This document shows positions 12,701-27,700 of a stretch of DNA of 64,000 bases, in pieces (within the stretch, counting starts at the first letter, position 1; each line of letters begins with the position of its first letter). The translations under genes were made by a program, and so were the position numbers. The notes beneath the pieces are model-generated. The model was not told the origin of the DNA, did no database searches, and saw only the letters and a program-made list of their open reading frames with translations. Origin of the DNA: Ascidiella aspersa (lineage: Eukaryota); NCBI GenBank assembly GCA_963924565.1, contig OZ004615.1, forward strand, positions 6,634,001 to 6,698,000, given 5' to 3'.

Positions 12701-15700
12701 AACTTTTTACGAACCTAATACAATGTATTACGCAAGTAGTGACAGGGTATAAACTACGATCGGATATTTTGCTTGTATAATACAATAAAATATACCAGGA
12801 AACATTTAAAAATTTAACTTCCTGTTGCACCACTATGAAAAGTAGGACTGTTATATGGTTAAGCTATTACATTTGCTAAAATGCTTAAAAGTGAGATTTT
12901 TTAACAAAATGCCCTCCCAAAAGTTATAAGGCCTGCGTTTTCACAATACTGAATTTTTCTACGTGTTTTGTGAAAGCAATAACCTTTTCGTTTTCGGCGT
13001 TCGTTGAAACTGTGTAAGGAAATAATTAATATTTGTATATTTTTGTACTTCTGTACCAGCATAGCCTGAGCGCTTTGAATAAATGATTGAACTGATTTTA
13101 GCGTAAAACTGATTACTTGAAGTTATAGGTAATACTGCTTTTAAAAGCGTAGATTCGCGAGCACTGACGCGATTTCTTTAAAAGTGGGGATTTAATTTGT
13201 GAAATTGCGACGAAAGTCAGTATCACATATAACTTCAGGAAAAAAACTTTTAACGCCAAAACCTGACATAAGTGGATAGTTTTTTTTTTCAATGAGTACG
13301 CCAGAAACATCCGTATGTGACAATGAAAGCCATAATAAATATGATAACCTTTATCGTGACACGTTGCCCAATTAACTGTTTTGTACTAACTGGTAGACTG
13401 TGATGTAAACTAATAGCGTGGCATAACTAGACCCAAAACAAGAAGACCGTACAATGTCGCAGTCACAAAAAACTTGAACCAATTGGTTGCATTAAGCTTA
13501 CTTACTTGTTTCCACAACTTTTTATTACAAAAAACTATAAAAGTTCGCTTTTAAAGAAAAAAAGTGGCCCCAAAAGTCATGGGATGACATACTGCACCAC
13601 GCCCATTTAGCGGGGTTCGCAAGTAGGCCAACATCGATACCTAACGAAGGCTTAAACCTATTGTATTGCACTAGTTCTGACTTTTCAAACTCAATCCTCA
13701 AGTGCAGCATATATGTATAGGAGCAAACAACAAGAAATGCTCGATTAAACAAACAAACTTGAAGGGTTGCGATTAGCTTTTTAAGGTAAAGGGGATTGAA
13801 TAAATGAAAGTTTTATGAAGCTCTGGGTTCGTCGTAAGGTGAGCCGAATTTACATTAAGTCACTTTCCGGCAATTGATATCGCAGAAAAGCACTGAGCAT
13901 CGGCCCTTTCGATGCAGTTTTTGGTCCAGGCATTGCTGGAAATAAAACGGCGTTGTTTATTGTTTGTATTGCTAGCATTTTCGTTTGCCGTCCATCCGGT
14001 GGTATGCGTTCGAACGTTTAGCAATTTAATCGGGTTGGGGAAACGCCGTCGCAAATTAGTGGAACAGCTCGTTAGCCGGGCACGAGTCGGAATGGCGTGA
14101 TACTGTATCGTGTATAAACGCTCCAGTTCTCGAAAACGTCTAGTATCATATCGAAAACACAGCACAGCAGCAACAAGGCTCGGTCCAAATCGGCTGCTCT
14201 GCCAATATTTGCAGTGTGCTGTATCTTATCTCCCAGCATATGCGTGTCACCGGAGGTAAACTTTGCCCTTTTGCCTGGCATAAATCAAAATACAATATGG
14301 GATTGGCAGGTAACATGTTTTACAAATGGAAAACTGACAAAATTTTTGTTTTACATATATATATATTTATAATACTACAATTAGTTTTACATTGTTCATG
14401 CCTTTTTAAGTGGGCAACATGTTGATAATAGTTTGTTAAAAGTTCTCCGCCCTAAAGTAACGATGTAAATTGTTTTTACCCGCCAAGTCTAACCCAACCT
14501 AAAATGCATAAAAATATATGAAATTGAAAAGCTATACGAATAATTACAGGTAAATATACACAAACGGAAATAAAACTGTGATCTAGGGCTAACGCTTCCG
14601 AAGTGGTTTTGTGATGAACGAAAGCGACTTGCGACGAATTATAGTTAACATAATTACATTAAAGTGTTTACTCAGAATTAGCTCGTGTTTTGTATGGCTA
14701 ACCGCACCAATGCAAAGTAGGTCGTCGGGTTAATTTTCACAATATTTGCTTCATTTCATGTCTCGTCATAGTTTCCTTGCCAAAGAAACCACGCCTGACA
14801 TGCAGCTATTCGCATTGTGTGCCGTAGTAAGGGTCACACAGCGTGTGCTCTTTCGGCTTTTATAACGAGCGCACAAACGTGACATTAATATTACTGCAGA
14901 TCGATTCGGCGTTTTACGGAAGCGTTAAAGGCAATAAACTTGGCCAAAGTGCCTTTTGTCAAATGCCATATGGCCCAGGATAAACATGTCCGTCTCAGTT
15001 GTTTGATGTTGGTTTTGTTGTCTGTCGGGTATCATTAAATATATGTGCTCTTTTTTTGTCACATGTTGCTTAATTTTCTGTTTTCCAATGCTACACTATA
15101 GCCTCATTTAGCTGATCGGGGCCTCAAGTTAGAAGCGAGTTAACCCTTTAAATAAAGTGCACAACATGTCGGAAAGCCTTGGCGCTTGGTAGTTGGTTTA
15201 CGCATTTCAATTGCGGAAAATGTCCTACAAAAGCGCTCATAAAAGCGATTTTACGACTTGATATTTGTTACAAGCTTTGTCGCCTTGCGAAACCACTGAA
15301 AAAAAAGTTAAAATCAAAACCAGAATGGGCTTATCTTCTAGCGATCAGAAGGCATGGCTCAGCGGCTTATCTGTCGTTTTGATTTAAGCATAGTTACTAC
15401 GGAGAATGTTACAAGAATGGGTTGATAATGTGTTTGCGACACAGACTGTATTATAGCTTCTACGCCCTGTAAGCCTGATAAAGAATAAAACCGATGTCGG
15501 TTTAACTTGTATATGGCGATAAACAGTGTACAGTGTACATCCACATTCCGTAGGGGATGTCTAGACGCCGGAAAACATCGGTCAGATTTTTTTTGCGTAT
15601 CGGTCGCCGGCCCCTCGAACGGCTATGTCCGAACGATGATTGCTGGTACACACAGGCGTGGCGGGCTAACCCCGCTAGGCAAATACGGCGGCGGCCCGCG

Positions 15701-18700
15701 TAAGTTAGGAGAACACACACACAACGGGCTGAAACGTTGGATGGACGCGAAGGGTGGGCGAAGGCAGAAAGACTTGGATAACTAGACCTTTATAGTTTTC
15801 TAATTCAATGAATAAGAGCAAAATGCGGCTAATTTCTAAAGGTGAATTGCTTATGTGCAACTTTTTTTGTCAATAATGAAATGTAATTCTAGTTCAAATT
15901 CTAGTTGGTGCTTATGTTTTTTCACGAATTCAGTTGTTTTAATTCTAATCTAGTTTAAAAAAAACTTAAAATTATCTAATTCTAATTCTAATCTAGTTTT
16001 GAAAAACCTAAATGATCTAATTTTAATTCTTATCCAAATTAAAAAAAAAAAAAAATCTAGTGGTCCAAGTCTGGGCGAAGGAACGATTTGTACCTGCTTG
16101 TGAGTTAGTCGTTGGACCTTAGCGGCTTATGGAAAGTGACTCGCACCCTTTTGGTTTATGTATTCGCGCCATTGACGCAGCGAACGTATAACAGTTCACG
16201 CGCAATCTGATACAGTTGTGGTTCACTGGTTGGTCCTGTATAGCGCAAACATTTTCTTTGTGACTTTATCCCCTGATCGCCTTCTATCATATTCCTCTTT
16301 GTAAGTGTGTCTTCTTAATTGCATTAATCATTGTCAAATATATTCGTAATAATGCGTCCTGCCAAGAAAACGTTCTCGACAACAAAAGGCGACTTGGTTG
16401 GTGACTTTTTATATCAAAATCTAACTAATACTTGGCGTTGTAACTTAATCATTAAGTTACCGTTTTAGAATAAACTAGGACGCGTATTTTACAAGTTAGG
16501 GCCGTTTGAAAATTGCTTTACATTTTTATGTTGTGTTCGGCTAGTACTTGGAAACGTTGGTTTTGTTGCTTTTTTATATTCAGCTTCCGCCAATTCAAAG
16601 GTTGACAACATTACCCGCGCCTCAATGTTTGCGCTCGAAAATTCCAAACCTTAAATGTCAATTGGTATTGAATTTTCCCTCCAATTGCCTTGTTCGTATT
16701 CCCGGTCAAACGAAAGGTTCCAGAATCAAGTTCCCCGGTCGAATTGCCCCTGGCTGTTGGACAGACGATAGCTCTGCTTCCAATTTCAGAATTATGCCCG
16801 TATCAAGTGAAAAACCTGTCGCGTTGGAAAGCCATTATAGGTGGGGTAAGCCTGTAGCAAATATAACTATATTAAAACCCTGTCTTTGATGACCGGGGTA
16901 ACATGTAAGAAAACTATGGGTAATGATATTAGGTTTGGTCTGCATCATTGTGAATATATTCGTCCGGCATGAAACAACACTAATCGAAAATTTTTTTGCT
17001 ATTGGAAGACGCAATGTGATCGAAACCAATGGTAGTATTTTATTTCCAACCTAGCGGAACCGTTTAACGACGCAGCCAAGTGTATGACAGTACAGTGCAC
17101 ATATACTTTACGACCTTACGCCGGTGCTTTGTCAGCTATAAACCTATTAAGGTGATATAAAATAAAACTTTTTGCCGTGTTCCTGGAACTAGTTACTCGC
17201 TATATATGGCGTCACGGCAAAATTTCTTTTTCAGTCGTTAGACTGCCACCTGATTATCGTTAAATTGATAATAAAAACAAATAAAATAAAACTTTTAGAA
17301 GAATCTTTTTTACCCATTAGAAGCTATTTAATTCCTAAGCCTACAAATGTCTGCCACAAAGCTGGCGTTTAGTGTTTTTTTTTGTGTACGTCTTATTGGA
17401 AACACGCGCTCGTTGCTCTACAAGGGCTTGTACCGTGCTGAACTCCTACGGGGTTGAAACGTCTCAGTGCACGGCAACACATAAGGATTGGGTTTGGCAC
17501 CCTGGCAATGTGTTCGAAATACTTATCTGTCATTTCTAAACCTAAACAACCTACTAAACTACTGTTTACAGTTTTGTCGGTTGACATTTGTTGAGCTTAC
17601 GGTTTTGCACTTATTTTAACGGAAATCGCACGCTACTCCGACAGAATGGCAGGCAGACTGCGAACAGTTAGCGTCGCTGCCATTCGTTGTTGCACTCTGC
17701 CCGTATAGTACGTTGCTTGATATCCGATATGCAAAACGTAGACCCTTTGATCTGATACCAACTCATTTTTTGCCACGGTTTCCAAAACTAAAACAACTTA
17801 AAAGTAATATCTTGTTACCCATTCGGTGTACTACTCTTAACAAGGTATAGGATTGGATACGCGTCCATATCTCATTGAAAACGGACAAGTGTAGATGCAT
17901 TGCCAAGGTATTGAGCATAAGCTCAATGATTTTACTATTCAATTCTCGCCCTTGCGCATCAATGTTACAGACAGATTGTTTTTCTGTCAAGAACTATATA
18001 GTTATAGGGTTACATGTCAAAGAACTATATAGTTATAGGGTTACATGTCAAAGAACTATATAGTTATAGGCTTATCCGATAATATCGTATATTTGATGCT
18101 AAGTGGTAGGACCAGTAGTCGTTACTGGTTTGATACTCAATGCTATTGATGTCTGTCTGATACCTAATTCAGTTAAGCATTTCAGCCACTATTTGCGTTT
18201 TAACTAAACGGTTTTCACTTTAAGGTATTTTAAGACAATTTTTGGGATTTAGCGTGAAAGCAATTTTTTGTTTAACAACCTCGAAAACAATATGTTTGGT
18301 CATTTCAATTGGAGCAATTGTGCGTATCGTATTGACCAGATTTACAGTATTTGACCAGTGTCCCAGTCAAGTCGTGTTCAAGTCAAGTCTTTTTGAATAA
18401 ACAACACGTCAATTCCAACCTAAGTCCTTGTCATACAAAATTAAAAGTTCAACTATTAACATTGGTGAACTCGTCCGATTATGAGCTATAAACTTAACTA
18501 AACAAAACAACAACACGCAACGTTTGTCAAGAAAATTGTTTTATGTACAAAAATGAAAAAAAATAACTTAATTTAGTTAAACAAATGCTTAAAGAGAACA
18601 TTTCATTTCAACCCAAGTCAATATTTAAAAAGTCTTAACTCAAGTCAAGTCAATTGAAAACAGTGACTTAAGTCAAGTAAAGTTATTTGAAAACAGTGAC

Positions 18701-21700
18701 TTAAGTCGAGTAAAGTTATTTGAAAAAAGTGACTTAAGTCAAGTAAAGTTATTTGAAAAAAGTGACTTAAGTCAAGTAAAGTTATTTGAAAAAAGTGACT
18801 TAAGTCAAGTAAAGTTATTTGAAAAAAGTGACTTAAGTCAAGTAAAGTTATTTGAAAAAAGTGACTTAAGTCAAGTAAAGTTATTTGAAAAAAGTGACTT
18901 AAGTCAAGTAAAGTTATTTGAAAACAGTGACTTAAGTCAAGTTATTGGTATTGACGACATTTGACATTGGAAGGGATCCGATCGACAGTATACTTATGGC
19001 CTAAAATATCGGGTCCTGTTCTGGAATAAAATACAAAGTATGGTACATGCCTACTCACAACCTTGTTTTCGAGCAGCTGGCCAACGTGTGCTGGATCTAC
19101 TATGCCTCTAAGTACGCCGAGCTGACCGAAACCGTGATGTTTGCGATGCGCAAGAAGTACAACCAGATCTCGTTCCTACACGTCTATCACCACACGTCCA
19201 TGCTCTTCGTCTGGTGGCTCAACACAAAGTACTGCGCCGGCGGCCAGTGTGAGTATTTCTGCGGCGATTTCACTTAGAGCAGCGGTTCACACCAATTGGG
19301 GTCCGCGGACCAACTGGTGTCCCGCAAAGCAGTTTCAGAGGGTCCGCAAGGAGAATTAGTCTTGCTTTAGCGATTGTTTTTAAAGATTAGTCTATCACTT
19401 TATGTTTTAAACATTATCTGTGATCTTTATTTTCTTTAGTTATGCTTTTTATTCGATCATTTGCTATATAGCGTGTTTTATGACGTCTTTTGTGACATCA
19501 TAAAGCATCCATTTTGCTGTACTACCTGCTATCAGCTGTTGGCATTAGTTAAAAAGTTGTTACATTAGAAAGAATCGCGACTGCACTAGTGTACTACCAG
19601 AAACATGGGTCAACTGACCTTTGAGTCTTTATTGGGCCACAAAAAATCAAAATATTTGCAACGGGTCCACCGGGGAAAAAAATTAGTAAAGTTTGAAAAA
19701 CGCTGACTTAGAGCACTTAGTTGGGCCAAGGACGGGTATTTCCTTTTAGAACAGCGTTATACGGAGGTTATATGTGTTTTTCGTTGGATTTTGGTATTTT
19801 TGGTATTTTATTTGTGACATTAACCCCTGCTCCAAACAAAATTCTTATCCTACACATCAACCCAACATTTTTTACTTTTTTGAGATTTGGTATATACATA
19901 CATGTATGCGCAAATAAACAGCTAATCCAACAACATTGCAAACTAAACTGACTGCCCCAAGTAGGCATTTGCATGCTATCTAGTAATGCATAGGGCGTAA
20001 CTCTCCGCAAGAGTTTATGTTTTTTTAAACATATGTGTAGAATTTCGGACAATTGAGATCAACTTCGAGCATATAGTTGCAGCCATGTATGCCTCTTTTA
20101 GTGGCGCCATATGGGTCTTTTGATGAAAACATTTTGCTTTAGATAAATATAAGCTATCATTTCTCAACATGATCAGAATAAAACTGCAAGCGACCACGAC
20201 TTTCCTAACCTTATATTTCATTTTTTGTTACACATAGCAAATTTTCGGCGCTCTTCGCGAATCTCTTTTTATATCCTAATATTTTTTTCAACGGAACTTC
20301 GTAATGAAAGTTGTGCACACTTATCTAATTTATTTTTTTGCGTATTATGTTATGTCTTTTAAATGAGATCAAAATAAACGGCCCTGCTTAGTTTAGCAGT
20401 TTTTGCCAACCTATAACTATAGATGTTAAAAACTATTATATGGCTCTTATGGAAATACAACCAAAAATATTTAACTTTTATCGCCCTCTTAGCTAAAAAG
20501 GTTGCCGACCCCTGTTATAGGCCATTAAGGGGCATAAGAATGTTTATTTAGGGTTTTTAAATGATAAAAGGTAACCTTTTCCCTACATCCCTGTTAACTT
20601 CTACGCTCTAATGACAATTATTAATATGAAACTTGTGTCATGTATTAAATGGTTGCAAATGTGGCCATATGAGAGTTAAATCAATCATAAAGCCGAAAGC
20701 CTTTTACAAGTTAATAATCATGATTCATAAAATATCGTTTTACTTTACAGTGAATTTTTAAACGTGCTTTACGAAAGTTTATACAACATTGCTATAGTAG
20801 AGTTTTATAGTTAAGTGCCACATACGGAATTTTATAACGCTTATTTCACGTTATACCTCACCTTTTGCTATAAAATTAAAAAAATACTTTACTAACATTG
20901 CGGCAGTGTTTCTTTTATGTAACCACGGTTAAGGTTACATATATAGTTTTTTACAACGTTTGTTAACGTAATGTGAAACTGTAATACTACCCCAACACTG
21001 TTAGTTTGTTATTTAAAGGTTCCAAACAACTATGGTAAAACGATCTTTTTCGACGTTAGTTGATTTACGTTTTTTCCACGCTATATTAAGACCGTAGCTC
21101 AACGAAGCTTAACGTTTGCGCAAACTTTTTAACAGCTTTAAAAAAAAAATAGTTTTCTGGTCAGAAATCTTTGCGAAAGAACATTGCGAAGTTTTGTGTT
21201 TTTTGGGTATACTCCACTACATGATGTGTGTTTATGGCCGTTAAATTCCCATAAACGCTGGTCAACGGGCTTCCGGCATAACAATGCCCGCCGTTACAAT
21301 AGCTGGCCAACAAAAACACGAGTTGAAAAGAGGGCGGGAACGCGTTGAGTAAGGGTGGTGTTTTGTTTAAGCTGCTCGCCCAGAGTTAAGGTGGTGTTTT
21401 GTTTGCATAAAAGGGAAACTTAACGTTTTCTGATGTAATGGTGACTTGTGCCTGGGGAGAAATACATGGCGTTGCGTCTCCGAAACCTGGATGTAGCTTC
21501 TTTCCAAATTACCGGATTTGCCACGGTTTTCCGAATTGCCGGATTTACGAATTGTTGTCTTACGCGACAAAAGCCATTTCTTTTAAAAAGCGAACAAGAA
21601 TTAGGGTTATCCGATATAATTGTGCTATTTCCGCCTAACAACATTACCCGCTCTTTAAACTAAACATGTACGACCCGAAAAAATAATGTTGTAGTAACGA

Positions 21701-24700
21701 ATGTAAAAAACAACTGGTTGTCATTACCAACCAAATTCTGTCATTGCTACTGTAAATAACACAAAGACTTTTTTCGGGCCTGTCGGATTCTACGTTTTGG
21801 TTTCGGGTACTGTCGGATTCTACGTTTTGGTTTCGGGCACCTGTTCGCAATTATGTGACTTTTCTACCGTTCATTGGCAAAGTTAACCGGTTTGACCTGT
21901 TAGACAAAAATACACTCTAGCTCAGTGGTTCTCAACCTTTTGAGCTCACCGGTAAAATTTTAAAACAAATGTTGCGGACCGGTGGGCCTTCAAAAATAAA
22001 AATAAACCCATAATGTAGTTACGACAAAAGTATGAGACTTAAAAGCAAAGAATCGTAACTTTAATTTATTGAGCAATTTGGTGCTGTCTTTTTGATATCA
22101 TACGTGTTATACGTGGTTCTATTACAAAATGGTCTTAAAGTTAAAGACTTGAACGAGTTGTAGCCTACTTTGAAACACTTGGGCACAATACTTGTAGCAT
22201 TGTGACATACGATAAGTCCAAAGTAGACCATTCTCTATGTCACGATACCACAAATTACGGAATCTGCGAAGTTGTAAATTTGATGAACAAGCCTTTTACA
22301 TTTTGCATTTTGCAATTAAGATATAAAATTGTAATATATTTGTCGGACCGGAACCATTTCACTAGCTTGCACAATAAGAACAAACCAAATAAATACCGTT
22401 GCAATTTCGTACAGTTGCAATAAGAAGTGACACGTATTTTTGGTATTTTATTTGTGACATTAACCCCTGCTCCAAACAAAATTCTTATCCTACACATCAA
22501 CCCAACATTTTTTACTTTTTTGAGATTTGGTATATACATACATGTATGCGCAAATAAACAGCTAATCCAACAACATTGCAAACTAAACTGACTGCCCCAA
22601 GTAGGCATTTGCATGCTATCTAGTAATGCATAGGGCGTAACTCTCCGCAAGAGTTTATGTTTTTTTAAACATATGTGTAGAATTTCGGACAATTGAGATC
22701 AACTTCGAGCATATAGTTGCAGCCATGTATGCCTCTTTTAGTGGCGCCATATGGGTCTTTTGATGAAAACATTTTGCTTTAGATAAATATAAGCTATCAT
22801 TTCTCAACATGATCAGAATAAAACTGCAAGCGACCACGACTTTCCTAACCTTATATTTCATTTTTTGTTACACATAGCAAATTTTCGGCGCTCTTCGCGA
22901 ATCTCTTTTTATATCCTAATATTTTTTTCAACGGAACTTCGTAATGAAAGTTGTGCACACTTATCTAATTTATTTTTTTGCGTATTATGTTATGTCTTTT
23001 AAATGAGATCAAAATAAACGGCCCTGCTTAGTTTAGCAGTTTTTGCCAACCTATAACTATAGATGTTAAAAACTATTATATGGCTCTTATGGAAATACAA
23101 CCAAAAATATTTAACTTTTATCGCCCTCTTAGCTAAAAAGGTTGCCGACCCCTGTTATAGGCCATTAAGGGGCATAAGAATGTTTATTTAGGGTTTTTAA
23201 ATGATAAAAGGTAACCTTTTCCCTACATCCCTGTTAACTTCTACGCTCTAATGACAATTATTAATATGAAACTTGTGTCATGTATTAAATGGTTGCAAAT
23301 GTGGCCATATGAGAGTTAAATCAATCATAAAGCCGAAAGCCTTTTACAAGTTAATAATCATGATTCATAAAATATCGTTTTACTTTACAGTGAATTTTTA
23401 AACGTGCTTTACGAAAGTTTATACAACATTGCTATAGTAGAGTTTTATAGTTAAGTGCCACATACGGAATTTTATAACGCTTATTTCACGTTATACCTCA
23501 CCTTTTGCTATAAAATTAAAAAAATACTTTACTAACATTGCGGCAGTGTTTCTTTTATGTAACCACGGTTAAGGTTACATATATAGTTTTTTACAACGTT
23601 TGTTAACGTAATGTGAAACTGTAATACTACCCCAACACTGTTAGTTTGTTATTTAAAGGTTCCAAACAACTATGGTAAAACGATCTTTTTCGACGTTAGT
23701 TGATTTACGTTTTTTCCACGCTATATTAAGACCGTAGCTCAACGAAGCTTAACGTTTGCGCAAACTTTTTAACAGCTTTAAAAAAAAAATAGTTTTCTGG
23801 TCAGAAATCTTTGCGAAAGAACATTGCGAAGTTTTGTGTTTTTTGGGTATACTCCACTACATGATGTGTGTTTATGGCCGTTAAATTCCCATAAACGCTG
23901 GTCAACGGGCTTCCGGCATAACAATGCCCGCCGTTACAATAGCTGGCCAACAAAAACACGAGTTGAAAAGAGGGCGGGAACGCGTTGAGTAAGGGTGGTG
24001 TTTTGTTTAAGCTGCTCGCCCAGAGTTAAGGTGGTGTTTTGTTTGCATAAAAGGGAAACTTAACGTTTTCTGATGTAATGGTGACTTGTGCCTGGGGAGA
24101 AATACATGGCGTTGCGTCTCCGAAACCTGGATGTAGCTTCTTTCCAAATTACCGGATTTGCCACGGTTTTCCGAATTGCCGGATTTACGAATTGTTGTCT
24201 TACGCGACAAAAGCCATTTCTTTTAAAAAGCGAACAAGAATTAGGGTTATCCGATATAATTGTGCTATTTCCGCCTAACAACATTACCCGCTCTTTAAAC
24301 TAAACATGTACGACCCGAAAAAATAATGTTGTAGTAACGAATGTAAAAAACAACTGGTTGTCATTACCAACCAAATTCTGTCATTGCTACTGTAAATAAC
24401 ACAAAGACTTTTTTCGGGCCTGTCGGATTCTACGTTTTGGTTTCGGGTACTGTCGGATTCTACGTTTTGGTTTCGGGCACCTGTTCGCAATTATGTGACT
24501 TTTCTACCGTTCATTGGCAAAGTTAACCGGTTTGACCTGTTAGACAAAAATACACTCTAGCTCAGTGGTTCTCAACCTTTTGAGCTCACCGGTAAAATTT
24601 TAAAACAAATGTTGCGGACCGGTGGACCTTCAAAAATAAAAATAAACCCATAATGTAGTTACGACAAAAGTATGAGACTTAAAAGCAAAGAATCGTAACT

Positions 24701-27700
24701 TTAATTTATTGAGCAATTTGGTGCTGTCTTTTTGATATCATACGTGTTATACGTGGTTCTATTACAAAATGGTCTTAAAGTTAAAGACTTGAACGAGTTG
24801 TAGCCTACTTTGAAACACTTGGGCACAATACTTGTAGCATTGTGACATACGATAAGTCCAAAGTAGACCATTCTCTATGTCACGATACCACAAATTTCGG
24901 AATCTGCGAAGTTGTAAATTTGATGAACAAGCCTTTTACATTTTGCATTTTGCAATTAAGATATAAAATTGTAATATATTTGTCGGACCGGAACCATTTC
25001 ACTAGCTTGCACAATAAGAACAAACCAAATAAAAACCGTTGCAATTTCGTACAGTTGCAATAAGAAGTGACACCAACCCACGTTTGTTTTATATGTTTCT
25101 TGGCCGGTTAACGTGACTACTAAAAAGTGCCGGTTCTGTTTTGACAAAGCTTATGTTTCCATCTTATCACACCCCATGGTAATCCTTCGTTGCCTTAAAA
25201 GTTGTTGATTGACATGTAAACCGAAATGCCAGCCGGCAAAACCATACTAATCTAACAACAGAGGCAGTAACGTTTTGATTGCTATTGTTCCTAATTCTAA
25301 AACTGTTCAACTACGGCCGATACGACTCTTTTGTTCGACAAGGAATAAGTTGAAGTGGACCTAATAATTTTAATGCTAAATATCTATAACGAAGCCTAAA
25401 AAATAGGAAAAATTACATAGGAATTAATCCTGTTGTATAGTTCCATTTCCAACAGGTGGGCTACACACAAGCCCGTTTGTTCTTTTATTATAATCTTAGT
25501 GTTAAATAAGCTTTCATATAAAGTTGCGCACATTACTATGCTAGTAGCGCGAAGTGGTTTTGAATTGGTTGATTTCTAACAACTGACAATAACGTTATTT
25601 TGTTTCCACGAAAGACCGTAAAGGCCGGCAAAGATAGCAAAACGTTGCTTGTCGAGTTTGGCTGCTGTGTTATTTTGCCGGGTTGCCGCGTTTCAGTAAC
25701 TAATTAAATAAACAGCAACGTCAAGTAACTAAAACGCCGGGCGAACACCGAGAATTAGGCCGAAAAACTTCGTGATTAAACGCTATAACCGAGGTGAACC
25801 ATTACGGGGCTCGTCCAATTGTCTGGTCGTGCAAAGTGGAACGGCATTATGTCGTAACTGTGTCGCTGTCATGAAAAGGATATGACACCAGTGCTGCTTG
25901 CAGTCATTTTGCGGACAAGACCGCGTTCAGCCTTCACTGTTTTATGTTAAGGTATTATATTTTAACAATCGCGCATGGGCGCTATAGGCAAATAGCTGCG
26001 CATTTGGAAAAATGCGAAACCAGCACCTGAGCTGCCTTGAGCAAAGTTTTAAAATTTGCAAGGGAAAGTTGGTTTTATTTAGGCGATGTTTCTGTTAAGA
26101 TGCCTACGCATACATGTACAACAATTGTGATCGAGCTCTTCTAAGGTCGTTTTTTTTTACCGAACAACTCCCGGTGTAGCCGAGGTCGTGAGTTCGAACC
26201 TCACCGCAGGTTATTTGTTTTTGTAGCCTGGCTTTTAATAGCTTACATGAAAATCCTTAATTGATCAAGTGACTCGGTTAGTGACTACTAACAAATATTA
26301 TAGTCAAGTGGTTTGCAATCTTGTCAATTCTAATTCCGTTATATATTACCTTTTAAGTTGAAAGCGCACGCTAGACCAAAATTTAGAAGGATTTTAGCAG
26401 CCTTGGTAAAGTAGTAAAACCCTTGGAAAATCACACGTGTTCTTATCCAAACACGATCTACAAGCTCTTATAGTATTCGGTCTGTAAGTAAAGTTACACA
26501 TAACATCCTAATTTCCGCTTATAGCTTTCCTCTTCGGCGGCATCAACTCTTCTGTGCACGCGATAATGTACACCTACTACCTGATGACAGCCATCGGACC
26601 GCACATGCAAAAGTACTTGTGGTGGAAGAGATACATCACCGTCATTCAGCTGGTAAGTCACGACTCAGTTTTCAACGCATTTTAAAAGCGCCCTGGTGCC
26701 ACTAAATAAAGCGGCGATGATTTTTTATTTGTAGGAATTTTTTTAAAGCGAAAAAAACACGCAATGGAATATGGCAGACCGATAGAGACAATGTAAACCA
26801 GAGTCTCATAACCAGGGGTGCTCGCACCCCTAAGGGTACGAAAACTGTTCCAAGGGGCTGCCGGGATGCTGAAATCAGACACAAAAATGTATACTGTAAC
26901 TTATTTCTTTAATCAGCTAAATGTAAAACCAACGATGATTTGAAAGGGGTGCAGCAAGGTAAAAGGTTAGGAACCACTTAATTGTGAACCATCCCAATAC
27001 AACTCTTTGGCTCCACTTGTTGTCTTACTATGCAGTGAGCGAAAATTTGAGCTTCACGACATTTTTGTGTGAAAGTCGGATTAATCCTCAACGCTATTTT
27101 GTTCAAAAAAATATATATATTGGGAAGGCAAAGTTAACCACGACAAAATGTAAGATAAAGTTAAATATATTTCCCAGAATTTTATCTTTGAAGATAAATT
27201 ATAAATGATAACTATCAAACAGTCAACAGCTCCCCTCCAAATTAGATATAGCACAAAAAGGACCAAAAGTCTATTTAAATTAATGTGCTAAATTAAAATT
27301 AAAGTCAACATACAATCTATTTGATTATTTCGGTTCCTTCGGTCGTTCATTCTCAAACATTAGAAGCATATTCTGTATTAAATATAAAAACAAGCATAGT
27401 TTGGGTTATACTTATTTAAAACACATTTCCCCTACAAACCTGTTAGTTAATTTGGATATATCGCGCTTTCCAAATAAAAAATGTATAGGTTGTTTAAACA
27501 TTTTGGAAGCCTTTTAAAGTCTACATTGTATTTTGTTTGTTGTAGTCTTGAAAAATTAACCGAAGTCAATATCTGGTTATTTTTTGTTAGTTTAATTGGT
27601 CTAGTAATGCCTACAAACTACACATTGAACCGATGTACAGCCTTTAACCTTGAGTCACGGGTTGAATGCTGCATCCGTGATTGATTATCAGCGGTTACCA

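Noticed and set aside
18656-18942. CRISPR-like array of ~33-bp repeats
   Set aside because: Units are head-to-tail with no unique spacers, the context is eukaryotic, and no cas genes are present.
26170-26215. tRNA gene
   Set aside because: Only a T-arm/B-box-like piece; no acceptor stem, D arm or anticodon arm.
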